Source: a virus (Duplodnaviria > Caudoviricetes). Taken from it: 48,933 bases of DNA. This document shows, one piece after another, positions 18,725 to 25,616 of the stretch. The notes beneath the pieces were generated by a model, which saw only the letters and a program-made list of their open reading frames with translations, searched no databases and was not told where the DNA came from. Made by a program: the position numbers and the translations under genes. Positions within the stretch are counted from its first letter, which is position 1, and each line of letters begins with the position of its first letter. The stretch spans positions 1 to 48,933 of the IMG/VR virus record IMGVR_UViG_3300011336_000175. One strand, 5' to 3'.

Positions 18725-18891
18725 GGAATTCCTTTCAGTTCTGGAAATGCTTTATCTACCATAGCCATAATTCGGTCATTCTTTTCTTTTAACTTTGCCG
18801 AACTTGCAAGAATAGGTGCAAGAAACCATGTAATTCTTTTGTTATGACTCAGCTTTGCTAATATTCTTCTTCGGTTTGTTCTTACTTTCAT
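18706..18891 (-). CDS. Hypothetical basic protein
   Basis: MKVRTNRRRIL...; fills the operon gap. Confidence 0.4.
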   Translation of the reverse strand: MKVRTNRRRILAKLSHNKRITWFLAPILASSAKLKEKNDRIMAMVDKAFPELKGIPCPTWI

Positions 18892-19039
18892 TTTGTTTCC
18901 TGTATTCAATTACCTCATTTAACAACTGCTCCATCTCATAAGATGCTTCCAAATGGAACGGACTGATTGGCTTGCAATTAGCCATTGATCTCATCATTCC
19001 AATAGTCAACCTTGCCGTGCGTTCACTTAAGGGTTTCAT
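18842..19039 (-). CDS. Hypothetical protein
   Basis: AAGGAG RBS, ATGA overlap. Confidence 0.55.
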   Translation of the reverse strand: MKPLSERTARLTIGMMRSMANCKPISPFHLEASYEMEQLLNEVIEYRKQNESKNKPKKNISKAES

Positions 19040-19257
19040 GTATTCTCCTTGTTAAAAAACCACTTCCATCTGCGTTGCTTTGCAATAAAAACCAATGCTG
19101 TCTGTGCATATTTTTCAAGCGATATGCCCATCTTCTTTGCAATCGCTACTTCAGTGGCAGTCAAGGTCATCTTGCCTACTCTGTTCTCATTCCTTACTTT
19201 ACGAACTCGCACCGTTCTTATCCTTGAGTTTGGCTTCAATGGCTTTGTAGTAATCAA
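19036..19257 (-). CDS. Small HTH-like protein
   Basis: LTATEVAIAKKMGISLEKYA; start uncertain. Confidence 0.5.
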   Translation of the reverse strand: MITTKPLKPNSRIRTVRVRKVRNENRVGKMTLTATEVAIAKKMGISLEKYAQTALVFIAKQRRWKWFFNKENT

Positions 19258-19519
19258 AAGGTGTCATGTCCACTTTCCACAGAACACCGCATTGAGCCTT
19301 CGTCAGCCCAACCCAAGGGCGCGTTCCTTTTGTTTGCAACATACCTATATCGGAGTTAAGCAGTCCCGCATCTATCAAAGCGTGGTCATCTTCACGCTCA
19401 GGCAAGGGGTGCCCTGCTTGCTTGTAGGCTTCATCACGCCAATGTTGTGCTCGTTTCCTGTGGTACTCACAGTTTGGACAAGGGCGAGAATATTCTTGGA
19501 TGTCATCGTCATCAGTCAT
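19199..19519 (-). CDS. Hypothetical protein
   Basis: DDDDIQEY, CPNC, RPWVGLT, IEAKLKDKN motifs typical of phage accessory ORFs. Confidence 0.65.
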   Translation of the reverse strand: MTDDDDIQEYSRPCPNCEYHRKRAQHWRDEAYKQAGHPLPEREDDHALIDAGLLNSDIGMLQTKGTRPWVGLTKAQCGVLWKVDMTPFDYYKAIEAKLKDKNGASS

Positions 19520-19788
19520 AGCTTTTCCTTGGCTTTAGCGTACTCAATCTCAAATAGCGTACAAATCTTTGGCATCAATGCTTTGAACAACTCATTGCGA
19601 TCCACCTCTGGTTTTGTCAAGCGCGGTATGTACTCAGGCACAACCAACTCAAGGCCAAGGTACTCAGCAAAATCAGTCAGCACAGTCGAAGCAAAATCAC
19701 GATGCGTGGCGTACCACTCGTCCATGTCCTCACCATCTTGCGTTTCAATGAACGCCAATATCTTGGCTGTTAGTTCTTCTTTGGTCAT
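19516..19788 (-). CDS. Hypothetical protein
   Basis: AAGGAG RBS, ATGA overlaps. Confidence 0.65.
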   Translation of the reverse strand: MTKEELTAKILAFIETQDGEDMDEWYATHRDFASTVLTDFAEYLGLELVVPEYIPRLTKPEVDRNELFKALMPKICTLFEIEYAKAKEKL

Positions 19789-19967
19789 GGTTTCTCCTTC
19801 AGCACCGCCTCTAGTGTGTCAAGGGCTTTGTCCCAGTTGTTGTAGTCAATGCTATTACTGAACGATTTAACAACGGCTATAGCTGCCTGCTCAATCTTCT
19901 TTAGCCTGCGAACCTCAGACTCAAGGTCAGCCAGTGCTAAGTCCATTTCTCTTTCCTCTTCTGTCAT
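19785..19967 (-). CDS. Hypothetical protein
   Basis: GGAGG RBS, ATGA overlap. Confidence 0.6.
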   Translation of the reverse strand: MTEEEREMDLALADLESEVRRLKKIEQAAIAVVKSFSNSIDYNNWDKALDTLEAVLKEKP

Positions 19968-20275
19968 TTGGAATCCTCCACTAACACCTGATCTAACTGC
20001 TCGGCCAACTGTTCCATCACTTCAGCTTCCACCCACGCCACAACTGTGCGGCCAAGGATGTTGTCGAACTCTGGGAATGTCTGGTTGAATCTTTCCATCT
20101 GCTCTTTGTTCATCACTGTTTTCCTTTGCTTAAGTTTCTTACCCTCAACATGACACCTCATGTCATCCTCCCACGTAGCCCACTCAAAGAGCCACCGCCA
20201 CATGAAGTCATCATTCCTGCACCTGAACTGGTACTCAGCCATCGTCAGGCATACATCCTTAGTTGGCCTGTCCAT
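19964..20275 (-). CDS. Hypothetical protein
   Basis: 103 aa, in operon. Confidence 0.55.
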   Translation of the reverse strand: MDRPTKDVCLTMAEYQFRCRNDDFMWRWLFEWATWEDDMRCHVEGKKLKQRKTVMNKEQMERFNQTFPEFDNILGRTVVAWVEAEVMEQLAEQLDQVLVEDSK

Positions 20276-20459
20276 TCCTGATCTCCTTGATTACTCTCTT
20301 GATAACCGCAGGAGTTACCCCGAATCTCTCAGCAATAGCTTTGGTTGATACACCCTCTTTCATCAGCACTTCAACCCTGCGCTTATCCACCTGTGTAGCA
20401 GGACGACCCGCCCCTTGTCGTGCTCCACCATGCGTCATTTCACCTCCGTTATACCTCAT
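20259..20459 (-). CDS. Small HTH DNA-binding protein with GGARQGAGRP arm
   Basis: HGGARQGAGRP followed by EGVSTKAIAERFGVTPAVIKR; may start at the internal MTHGG. Confidence 0.75.
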   Translation of the reverse strand: MRYNGGEMTHGGARQGAGRPATQVDKRRVEVLMKEGVSTKAIAERFGVTPAVIKRVIKEIRNGQAN

Positions 20460-20541
20460 TGATTGTCTCCTGTTATACCTGCTATGTTTAATGTAATTAT
20501 TGCACAGTTCTGGCGGTTTGTGCCGTGTGTTGTAAAAAGGT

Positions 20542-20559
20542 GCTAGGGACTTTCCCTAA
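20542..20559 (-). promoter_or_regulatory. Inverted copy of the TTAGGGAAANNCCCTAGC palindrome
   Basis: Minus strand ttagggaaagtccctagc. Confidence 0.55.
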
Positions 20560-20568
20560 TGTTGCGTT

Positions 20569-20922
20569 TTACCTACGCCAGTCTGTTTGGTATTTATTGC
20601 CCTTGGCTTTGTTGCAAGGGCCACACAGGGGTTGAAGGTTGTTGATGTCAAGAGCAAGCTCAGGAAAGTACTTGCGTGGTTTGATGTGATCCATGTTGAT
20701 AGGGAACTTGCGACTGTTCTCTCTTCCACACTTGCAACACACTAGCCCGTACCTCTCGGCAGCTTCTCGGCGAAGCTTCCTCCACGCCTCTGAGTATAAG
20801 AACGGGTCTGCCGTCTTACGCAGTTCGTCTGCTACCTCGTTATCCGTCATAGACGAAGCCCGTACTGCCCAAGCTAATTTCATCGCCTTGCGTTTCAACT
20901 TATTGGAAAGGTTCATTGACAT
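20569..20922 (-). CDS. HNH endonuclease (small)
   Basis: FLYSEAWRKLR...CCKCG...DHIKPR...LQPLCGPCNKAKG. Confidence 0.92.
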   Translation of the reverse strand: MSMNLSNKLKRKAMKLAWAVRASSMTDNEVADELRKTADPFLYSEAWRKLRREAAERYGLVCCKCGRENSRKFPINMDHIKPRKYFPELALDINNLQPLCGPCNKAKGNKYQTDWRR

Positions 20923-20934
20923 CCTTGGTGAGTG

Positions 20935-21520
20935 CTAGGCTCGGCTGGACATGACTCTGCCTAGGGGAGAGAGTATCTCCACCTAGGCGTTTGTCCACAT
21001 CCTCGGAGCCGTAGCTTAGTATCCGTGTGGGCTGACATCAATCCAGCTTGTGTCAACTCTGAATGCTTTCCATCGCTTGGCAATGTCTAGCTCGGCCATT
21101 CAGACCGTTGCCGCCACCCGCAGACTGAACCACGGACAACAACGGAACTCCCCCGATTGCACCTTGCATCTTCCAGTGCTCTCGCCCCAAGACGGAACGT
21201 TGTAGGGTTGGTGGACTCTGCGCCAGCATGGGACTTCTCCCAAGTTCAAACAGTTCCCTCGTGCCAACCCAAAACCCGATAGTTTCTTGAGGCAAGCAAG
21301 GTGTGGAGATGAGACTGAGACTGCTCACATGAAGCAGTGTTTCGTCCTAAAACTAGAAGCAAATGATGGCGCTAACCCATCACCAGTCCCAGTCTCAAAA
21401 ACAAAAAAGCCGTTAATGAAACCCCGGTGGAAAAACACATCAGCTTTTGGCTGACGCGCTACCCCAGTCGGGGTCGGGACTTCATTAACGGCTCTACTTG
21501 CATTGGTTTCCACACCTAGC
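20935..21520 (-). ncRNA. Candidate large structured non-coding RNA or leader
   Basis: No convincing ORF; at least 10 nested stems, with mismatches resolving to G-U only on the minus strand; own promoter. Confidence 0.65.
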
Positions 21521-21526
21521 GAGCGG

Positions 21527-21556
21527 ATTATAAGCACAACTATTCCGGCTTTGCAA
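21527..21556 (-). promoter_or_regulatory. sigma70-type promoter TTGCAA-N18-TATAAT
   Basis: Minus strand ttgcaa agccggaatagttgtgct tataat. Confidence 0.65.
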
Positions 21557-21562
21557 CAGTTG

Positions 21563-21584
21563 TAGAAATTATTTATCATTTCTA
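21563..21584. promoter_or_regulatory. 22-bp palindrome copy just upstream of the promoter -35
   Basis: ttgTAGAAATTATTTATCATTTCTAcaa. Confidence 0.7.
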
Positions 21585-21585
21585 C

Positions 21586-21616
21586 AAAAAAAAGTGGCCC
21601 CAGTTACGAAGCCACT
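21586..21616 (-). terminator. Rho-independent terminator
   Basis: Minus strand agtggcttc-gtaact-ggggccact followed by a T-run, downstream of the VRR-NUC gene. Confidence 0.7.
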
Positions 21617-21676
21617 AAAACAATCAAAGGAAAAAAGCAACTCAAAAAACACCCAGCCCTCTGGATTGATGCCATG

Positions 21677-21964
21677 TTACTCGCAGCGTTTAAGAATTTC
21701 AAGTGCTTCCTCAACTGAATTGACAATTACCAACATCCCACCTGTCCACTCGTCGAAGAATTTCTGCTCGGCCTCGGTAAGCTTCCTAGCTGACGGCACT
21801 TTGTCCCCGTCCTTGACCTCCATAAGCACCGTATAGCCCTTGTAAGCCACTAAAAGATCAGGGATGCCATCACCCTGCGAGATCACCCTTACGACCGCTC
21901 CTGCGCCCCGTAATGCGTCCACAATTTTGTTCTGGTTTGCGTCAATTCTGTTGGCTCTTCTCAT
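21677..21964 (-). CDS. VRR-NUC / PD-(D/E)XK Holliday-junction resolvase-like nuclease
   Basis: RIDANQ...GIPDLLV...LMEVKD...LTEAEQKF; start MRRAN at 21964 with GGAG RBS. Confidence 0.85.
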   Translation of the reverse strand: MRRANRIDANQNKIVDALRGAGAVVRVISQGDGIPDLLVAYKGYTVLMEVKDGDKVPSARKLTEAEQKFFDEWTGGMLVIVNSVEEALEILKRCE

Positions 21965-22003
21965 GGTGTCTCCTACCTGATGCAAAATATTTTAACTTAC
22001 CTG

Positions 22004-22032
22004 TTGCAAAATTAAAATGTAGCAGGTAGAAT
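22004..22032 (+). promoter_or_regulatory. sigma70-type promoter TTGCAA-N17-TAGAAT upstream of the GGYNN array operon
   Basis: -35 at 22004-22009, -10 at 22027-22032; overlapped by TACCTGNTRCA boxes. Confidence 0.75.
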
Positions 22033-22056
22033 CTATACCATGCTGACTGGTTTAAT

Positions 22057-22397
22057 GGAGCGGTTCGGTTGGGCATGGCAGAGCGAAGACTGGCTCGGTT
22101 GGGTCTGGCTAGGCAAGGAACTGGAGACAGTCGATAGGGCATTCATTGAGTGCCACTTCGAGTGTTAGGCACGGTCGGGCAAGTCTCGGCACGGTGAGGA
22201 GAGGCGGGGATAGGCAGGGCACGGCACGGAAAGGTGCGGCATGGAGCTAGAAATAGTCGATAGGGTATTGGCAACAGTACCACTTCGAGTGTTAGGCAGG
22301 GATCGGTACGGTGAGGCAGGGTCTGGTTCGGCAAGGGCTAATGTAGCGGCTATGAAATTGGAAACAGTTTCATGGTCGATACAAAGTGTGTATCAAT
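22057..22397 (+). ncRNA. Array of three putative guide-RNA units: (GGYNN)n tracts plus conserved hairpin linkers
   Basis: Tracts at 22057-22121 (13 pentamers), 22168-22247 (16) and 22295-22339 (9); 35/38 pentamers start with GG; linkers 22122-22167 and 22248-22294 are homologous with compensatory changes. Confidence 0.85.
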
Positions 22398-22410
22398 CAA
22401 AGGAAACAAA

Positions 22411-22980
22411 ATGAAATCTATTAAAGTAAAACTCTCAGGCTCATCTGCTTTACTCATGCACTCTGATCGCTTTGCGAACCCGTTAGACCCACTGACCAAG
22501 GCTCACAAAGAACTGACAGGCAAGCGCAAGAAAACTGACGATGACCATATCGCCATTGCTAGAAGTGAATTTATTGGTGGCTGCTATTGGAATGAAGACA
22601 CTGGCTTCTTTATTCCTGCACAAAACCTAGACTCATGCCTGATCGCGGCGGCTAAGCTTCAGAAGCTTGGCGTTAAATTCAAGCAAGGCGTTCAGGTATT
22701 GGAAGACGAGCTACCCATCGACGGCTTTAAGTCCGTCACTCCAGAGAAGCTTTGGGAAAACCCAAAGAACGTGGATGCCCGTGGCGTTAAGGTAGGCATG
22801 GCCAAGATCATGCGCTACCGCCCCATCTTTCGCAACTGGTCACTGTCTGCCACGGTGATGGTGAATGAAGATGTAGTTAACCTCAATGAAGTTAAGAAAG
22901 CTTTGGTTGACGCTGGCAATTTGATTGGCTTGGGTGATTACCGTCCCCGCTTTGGCCGTTTCAATGTGGAGTTTGCATGA
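22411..22980 (+). CDS. Stand-alone RAMP/Cas7-like protein, putative RNA-guided effector
   Basis: 189 aa from ATG 22411 (AAGGA RBS); N-terminal strand IKVKLSGSSALLMH, IPAQNLDSCL..AA helix, RYRPIF..WSL, C-terminal Gly-rich loop AGNLIGLGDYRPRFGRF. Confidence 0.7.
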   Translation: MKSIKVKLSGSSALLMHSDRFANPLDPLTKAHKELTGKRKKTDDDHIAIARSEFIGGCYWNEDTGFFIPAQNLDSCLIAAAKLQKLGVKFKQGVQVLEDELPIDGFKSVTPEKLWENPKNVDARGVKVGMAKIMRYRPIFRNWSLSATVMVNEDVVNLNEVKKALVDAGNLIGLGDYRPRFGRFNVEFA

Positions 22981-23459
22981 GCGACAATCCAAAACTATTC
23001 CCCGCTTGGAAGCAGGCAGTTAAAACTTTATTGGACAGCGGCCTTACATACGGAAGCGTACTCAAGCGCAGTTACATTTCCGAATTGTGTGATGTGCCAA
23101 AGCCAGTAGACATTGACGATGTTCGCAGGTATGACCTTGAAGTGCTTCGCTGTATTACAGAGATTAAAGACATTCTGCTGACAGCCCACTGCATGCTAAT
23201 GGTCAGTGACCATGCAGGCAACTACATCATCATTGAGCCTGAGTCACAAACTCAACACGCCGTTGATGCAGGTGTTAAAGCAATCGGTCGAGAGATGAAG
23301 CGCATGGCTATGGGCGTGAGCTTTACCAAGACTGAACTACTCACAGACGAAGGCCGTAAGAAAAACGCAGATGCTCAGGCAAAGATCTCAAAGCTGGCCG
23401 GAATGCTAAGCCTTGAGAAGCGTGAGCTTCAGCGTATAGCAGACAGGAGTCAGCCATGA
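22977..23459 (+). CDS. Hypothetical protein coupled to the RAMP-like gene
   Basis: 160 aa, ATGA overlaps on both sides. Confidence 0.75.
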   Translation: MSDNPKLFPAWKQAVKTLLDSGLTYGSVLKRSYISELCDVPKPVDIDDVRRYDLEVLRCITEIKDILLTAHCMLMVSDHAGNYIIIEPESQTQHAVDAGVKAIGREMKRMAMGVSFTKTELLTDEGRKKNADAQAKISKLAGMLSLEKRELQRIADRSQP

Positions 23460-24352
23460 AGTTCACAAACAAGTTCAACTTACCTCAGACATTTGTCAAT
23501 GTAATCCATCGGCCAACGTACTCAAAAGGTAAGGCACATATCTCTGCAACTGAGATCATCAACTCACCTCGCATTGTTCAGTTGAAGAAGAAACACTGGG
23601 ATGACATTGAGCAAGACGCAAGCGAGATGGTCTGGTCACTGTTTGGTTCTGCTGTTCACAACATCTTGGAGCACGGCAAAGATAAGAACCACATCGTTGA
23701 AGAGAGACTTCACCTTGAGTATGAAGGATGGCATATCTCTGGTGCTATTGACTTACAAGAGCTAGAGCCTAATGGAACGATGACTGTCAGTGATTACAAA
23801 GTTACTGGCGCATGGGCAGTAATGAATGAGAAGGATGACTGGCACCGCCAACTCAACATCTACGGATGGATGGTGGAGAAGGTTAAGAAGGTACCCGTGG
23901 GTAAGCTTCAGATCATCGCCATCATTCGTGACTGGTCTGCCCGCGATGCCGCATCTAAGGAAGGCTACCCTCAGTCTCCAGTAGCCACGATTGATATTCC
24001 CCTCTGGTCATTTGAAGAGCGTGAAGCATTCATCACGAAACGAATCTATGACCACGGCACAGCACTCTTTGAGATGGAGACAGATGGCGAGATGCCTGAC
24101 TGCACATCCGAAGAAATGTGGGAGAAGAAAACTTCCTATGCTTTAAAGAAGGATGGGAACGTGAGAGCCAAGAGTGTTCACGAGACACTTGAGGATGCCG
24201 AGAAAGCATTGGCTAAGTCCGAAGAGACAGCCAAGAAGAATGAGAAGTTTGCAATCGAAGTAAGACAGGGTGAAAGGACAAGATGCCGCAGCTACTGCCA
24301 AGTATCACCGTTCTGTACCCAATACCAAAACTACCTAAAGGAAATGCCATGA
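23456..24352 (+). CDS. PD-(D/E)XK (RecB/Cas4-like) exonuclease
   Basis: ISATEI, FGSAVHNILE, ISGAIDL, DYKVT, QLNIY, C-terminal RCRSYCQVSPFC. Confidence 0.85.
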   Translation: MKFTNKFNLPQTFVNVIHRPTYSKGKAHISATEIINSPRIVQLKKKHWDDIEQDASEMVWSLFGSAVHNILEHGKDKNHIVEERLHLEYEGWHISGAIDLQELEPNGTMTVSDYKVTGAWAVMNEKDDWHRQLNIYGWMVEKVKKVPVGKLQIIAIIRDWSARDAASKEGYPQSPVATIDIPLWSFEEREAFITKRIYDHGTALFEMETDGEMPDCTSEEMWEKKTSYALKKDGNVRAKSVHETLEDAEKALAKSEETAKKNEKFAIEVRQGERTRCRSYCQVSPFCTQYQNYLKEMP

Positions 24353-24591
24353 AACCAGTTAGCCTATCCCTTACACAACAGAGCGCAGAATTAATTATCC
24401 GTGCTTTGATTGAGATGCCATTCAAGCAAGTGAATCAATTGATCCACTACATTGACCATGAGATTGCTATCTCTCAACAACAGATGCCTGCTAACACAGT
24501 GACTGTTGCGCCCGCACAGAAGTACGGTCTAAAGAAAGACGGTACTCCACGCAAGCGCCCCGGTCGTCCACTTAAGAAAGTAACAAAATGA
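24349..24591 (+). CDS. Small protein with AT-hook-like tail
   Basis: ATGA overlaps; YGLKKDGTPRKRPGRP. Confidence 0.65.
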   Translation: MKPVSLSLTQQSAELIIRALIEMPFKQVNQLIHYIDHEIAISQQQMPANTVTVAPAQKYGLKKDGTPRKRPGRPLKKVTK

Positions 24592-25280
24592 GCGTACATA
24601 AAAAACTAATGGAAGCTAGATTCAAACTTCTCTCTACGGAGATGAAGAAGTCTGGCCTCAACAAATTCGCAGGCTACTCATACTTTGAGTTAGGTGACTT
24701 CATTCCTCACATTCAACAAATCTTTTACGAGATTGGTCTGTGTGGTGTTGTCTCTTTCAATGCTGAGTATGCAACTCTGTGTATCACAGACGTAGATGAC
24801 GGCACAGTCATTGTCATCACTAGCCCAATGGCCGAAGCTAACCTTAAAGGTGCTCACCCCATACAAAACCTAGGCGCGGTTGAGTCTTATCAACGGCGTT
24901 ACCTTTGGATGACAGCGATGGAGATCGTTGAGCACGACATCATTGACTCTGCTCCGTCGGCTGAGAAGGTTGAAGTTAAACCTGAACCTAAACCAGAGCC
25001 AGTTAAGAAGACACCAGTTCCTTTGAAGATGGAAGGCCGTGACGATAAGTCTTGGCACCTTGTAGTGGAGAAGGAACCCGGAGACTCATCAGAATCTTGG
25101 GTAACAGCGGTAGTAGACATCACTAAGATGGGTCTAGCAGAGACTCACGACGAAGCCGAAGTGATGAAGCTATTCACCAACAACAGAATTATCTTTGATC
25201 GTCTGAAGTTAGAAGACGTTGATAGATATACCGCGCTCATGGGCGCATTCAAAACCCGTAAAGAAAAACTGAAAGGATAA
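24588..25280 (+). CDS. ERF-family single-strand annealing protein
   Basis: KSGLNKFAGYSYFELGD...IQNLGAVESYQRRYL. Confidence 0.88.
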   Translation: MSVHKKLMEARFKLLSTEMKKSGLNKFAGYSYFELGDFIPHIQQIFYEIGLCGVVSFNAEYATLCITDVDDGTVIVITSPMAEANLKGAHPIQNLGAVESYQRRYLWMTAMEIVEHDIIDSAPSAEKVEVKPEPKPEPVKKTPVPLKMEGRDDKSWHLVVEKEPGDSSESWVTAVVDITKMGLAETHDEAEVMKLFTNNRIIFDRLKLEDVDRYTALMGAFKTRKEKLKG

Positions 25281-25282
25281 TC

Positions 25283-25570
25283 ATGGCTACGAAATACCCA
25301 AACTCAGGCATGCTCGGCAAAGCTAAGCAGCCTAAGATCAACCCCAACTCACCAGACTACACTGGAAGTATTGATGTTGACATCTCTCTCATCAAAGAGA
25401 TGTTGGAAGATGCCCGTCAAGAGGGCGCTGACTCTATCAACATGAAGCTTGGTGCTTGGATCAAAGAAGGACAGTACGGAAAGTTCTTCAGCATCAAGGT
25501 CAACAATTACAAGAAGACTGCACCTGTGCAGAACAAGCTTCCAGTAGATGACGGCGATATTCCCTTCTGA
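25283..25570 (+). CDS. Single-stranded DNA-binding protein (putative)
   Basis: NSG..., PDYTGSI, LGAW, FFSIKV, acidic tail DDGDIPF. Confidence 0.75.
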   Translation: MATKYPNSGMLGKAKQPKINPNSPDYTGSIDVDISLIKEMLEDARQEGADSINMKLGAWIKEGQYGKFFSIKVNNYKKTAPVQNKLPVDDGDIPF

Positions 25571-25616
25571 TGAAGTACCGTAAACGTGATACTATTAATC
25601 TTTTAGGAGATTTCGT

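Noticed and set aside
19049-19861. 270-aa plus-strand ORF
   Set aside because: Antisense to a chain of minus-strand genes with RBSs and ATGA overlaps
21053-21579. ORFs 21053..21328 and 21325..21579
   Set aside because: No recognisable protein features or clear RBS; the second starts upstream of the promoter; dense base-pairing is better explained by RNA structure
21942-22334. Minus-strand ORFs 21942..22142 and 22143..22334 (Pro/Arg/Cys-rich)
   Set aside because: Translations of the antisense of the GGYNN array; no clear RBS, and a 5-nt period does not fit coding
22057-22397. Canonical CRISPR array or simple microsatellite
   Set aside because: Only two homologous linkers, variable tracts of unequal length with internal periodicity, no cas1/cas2; the pentamers are not identical, so not slippage repeats
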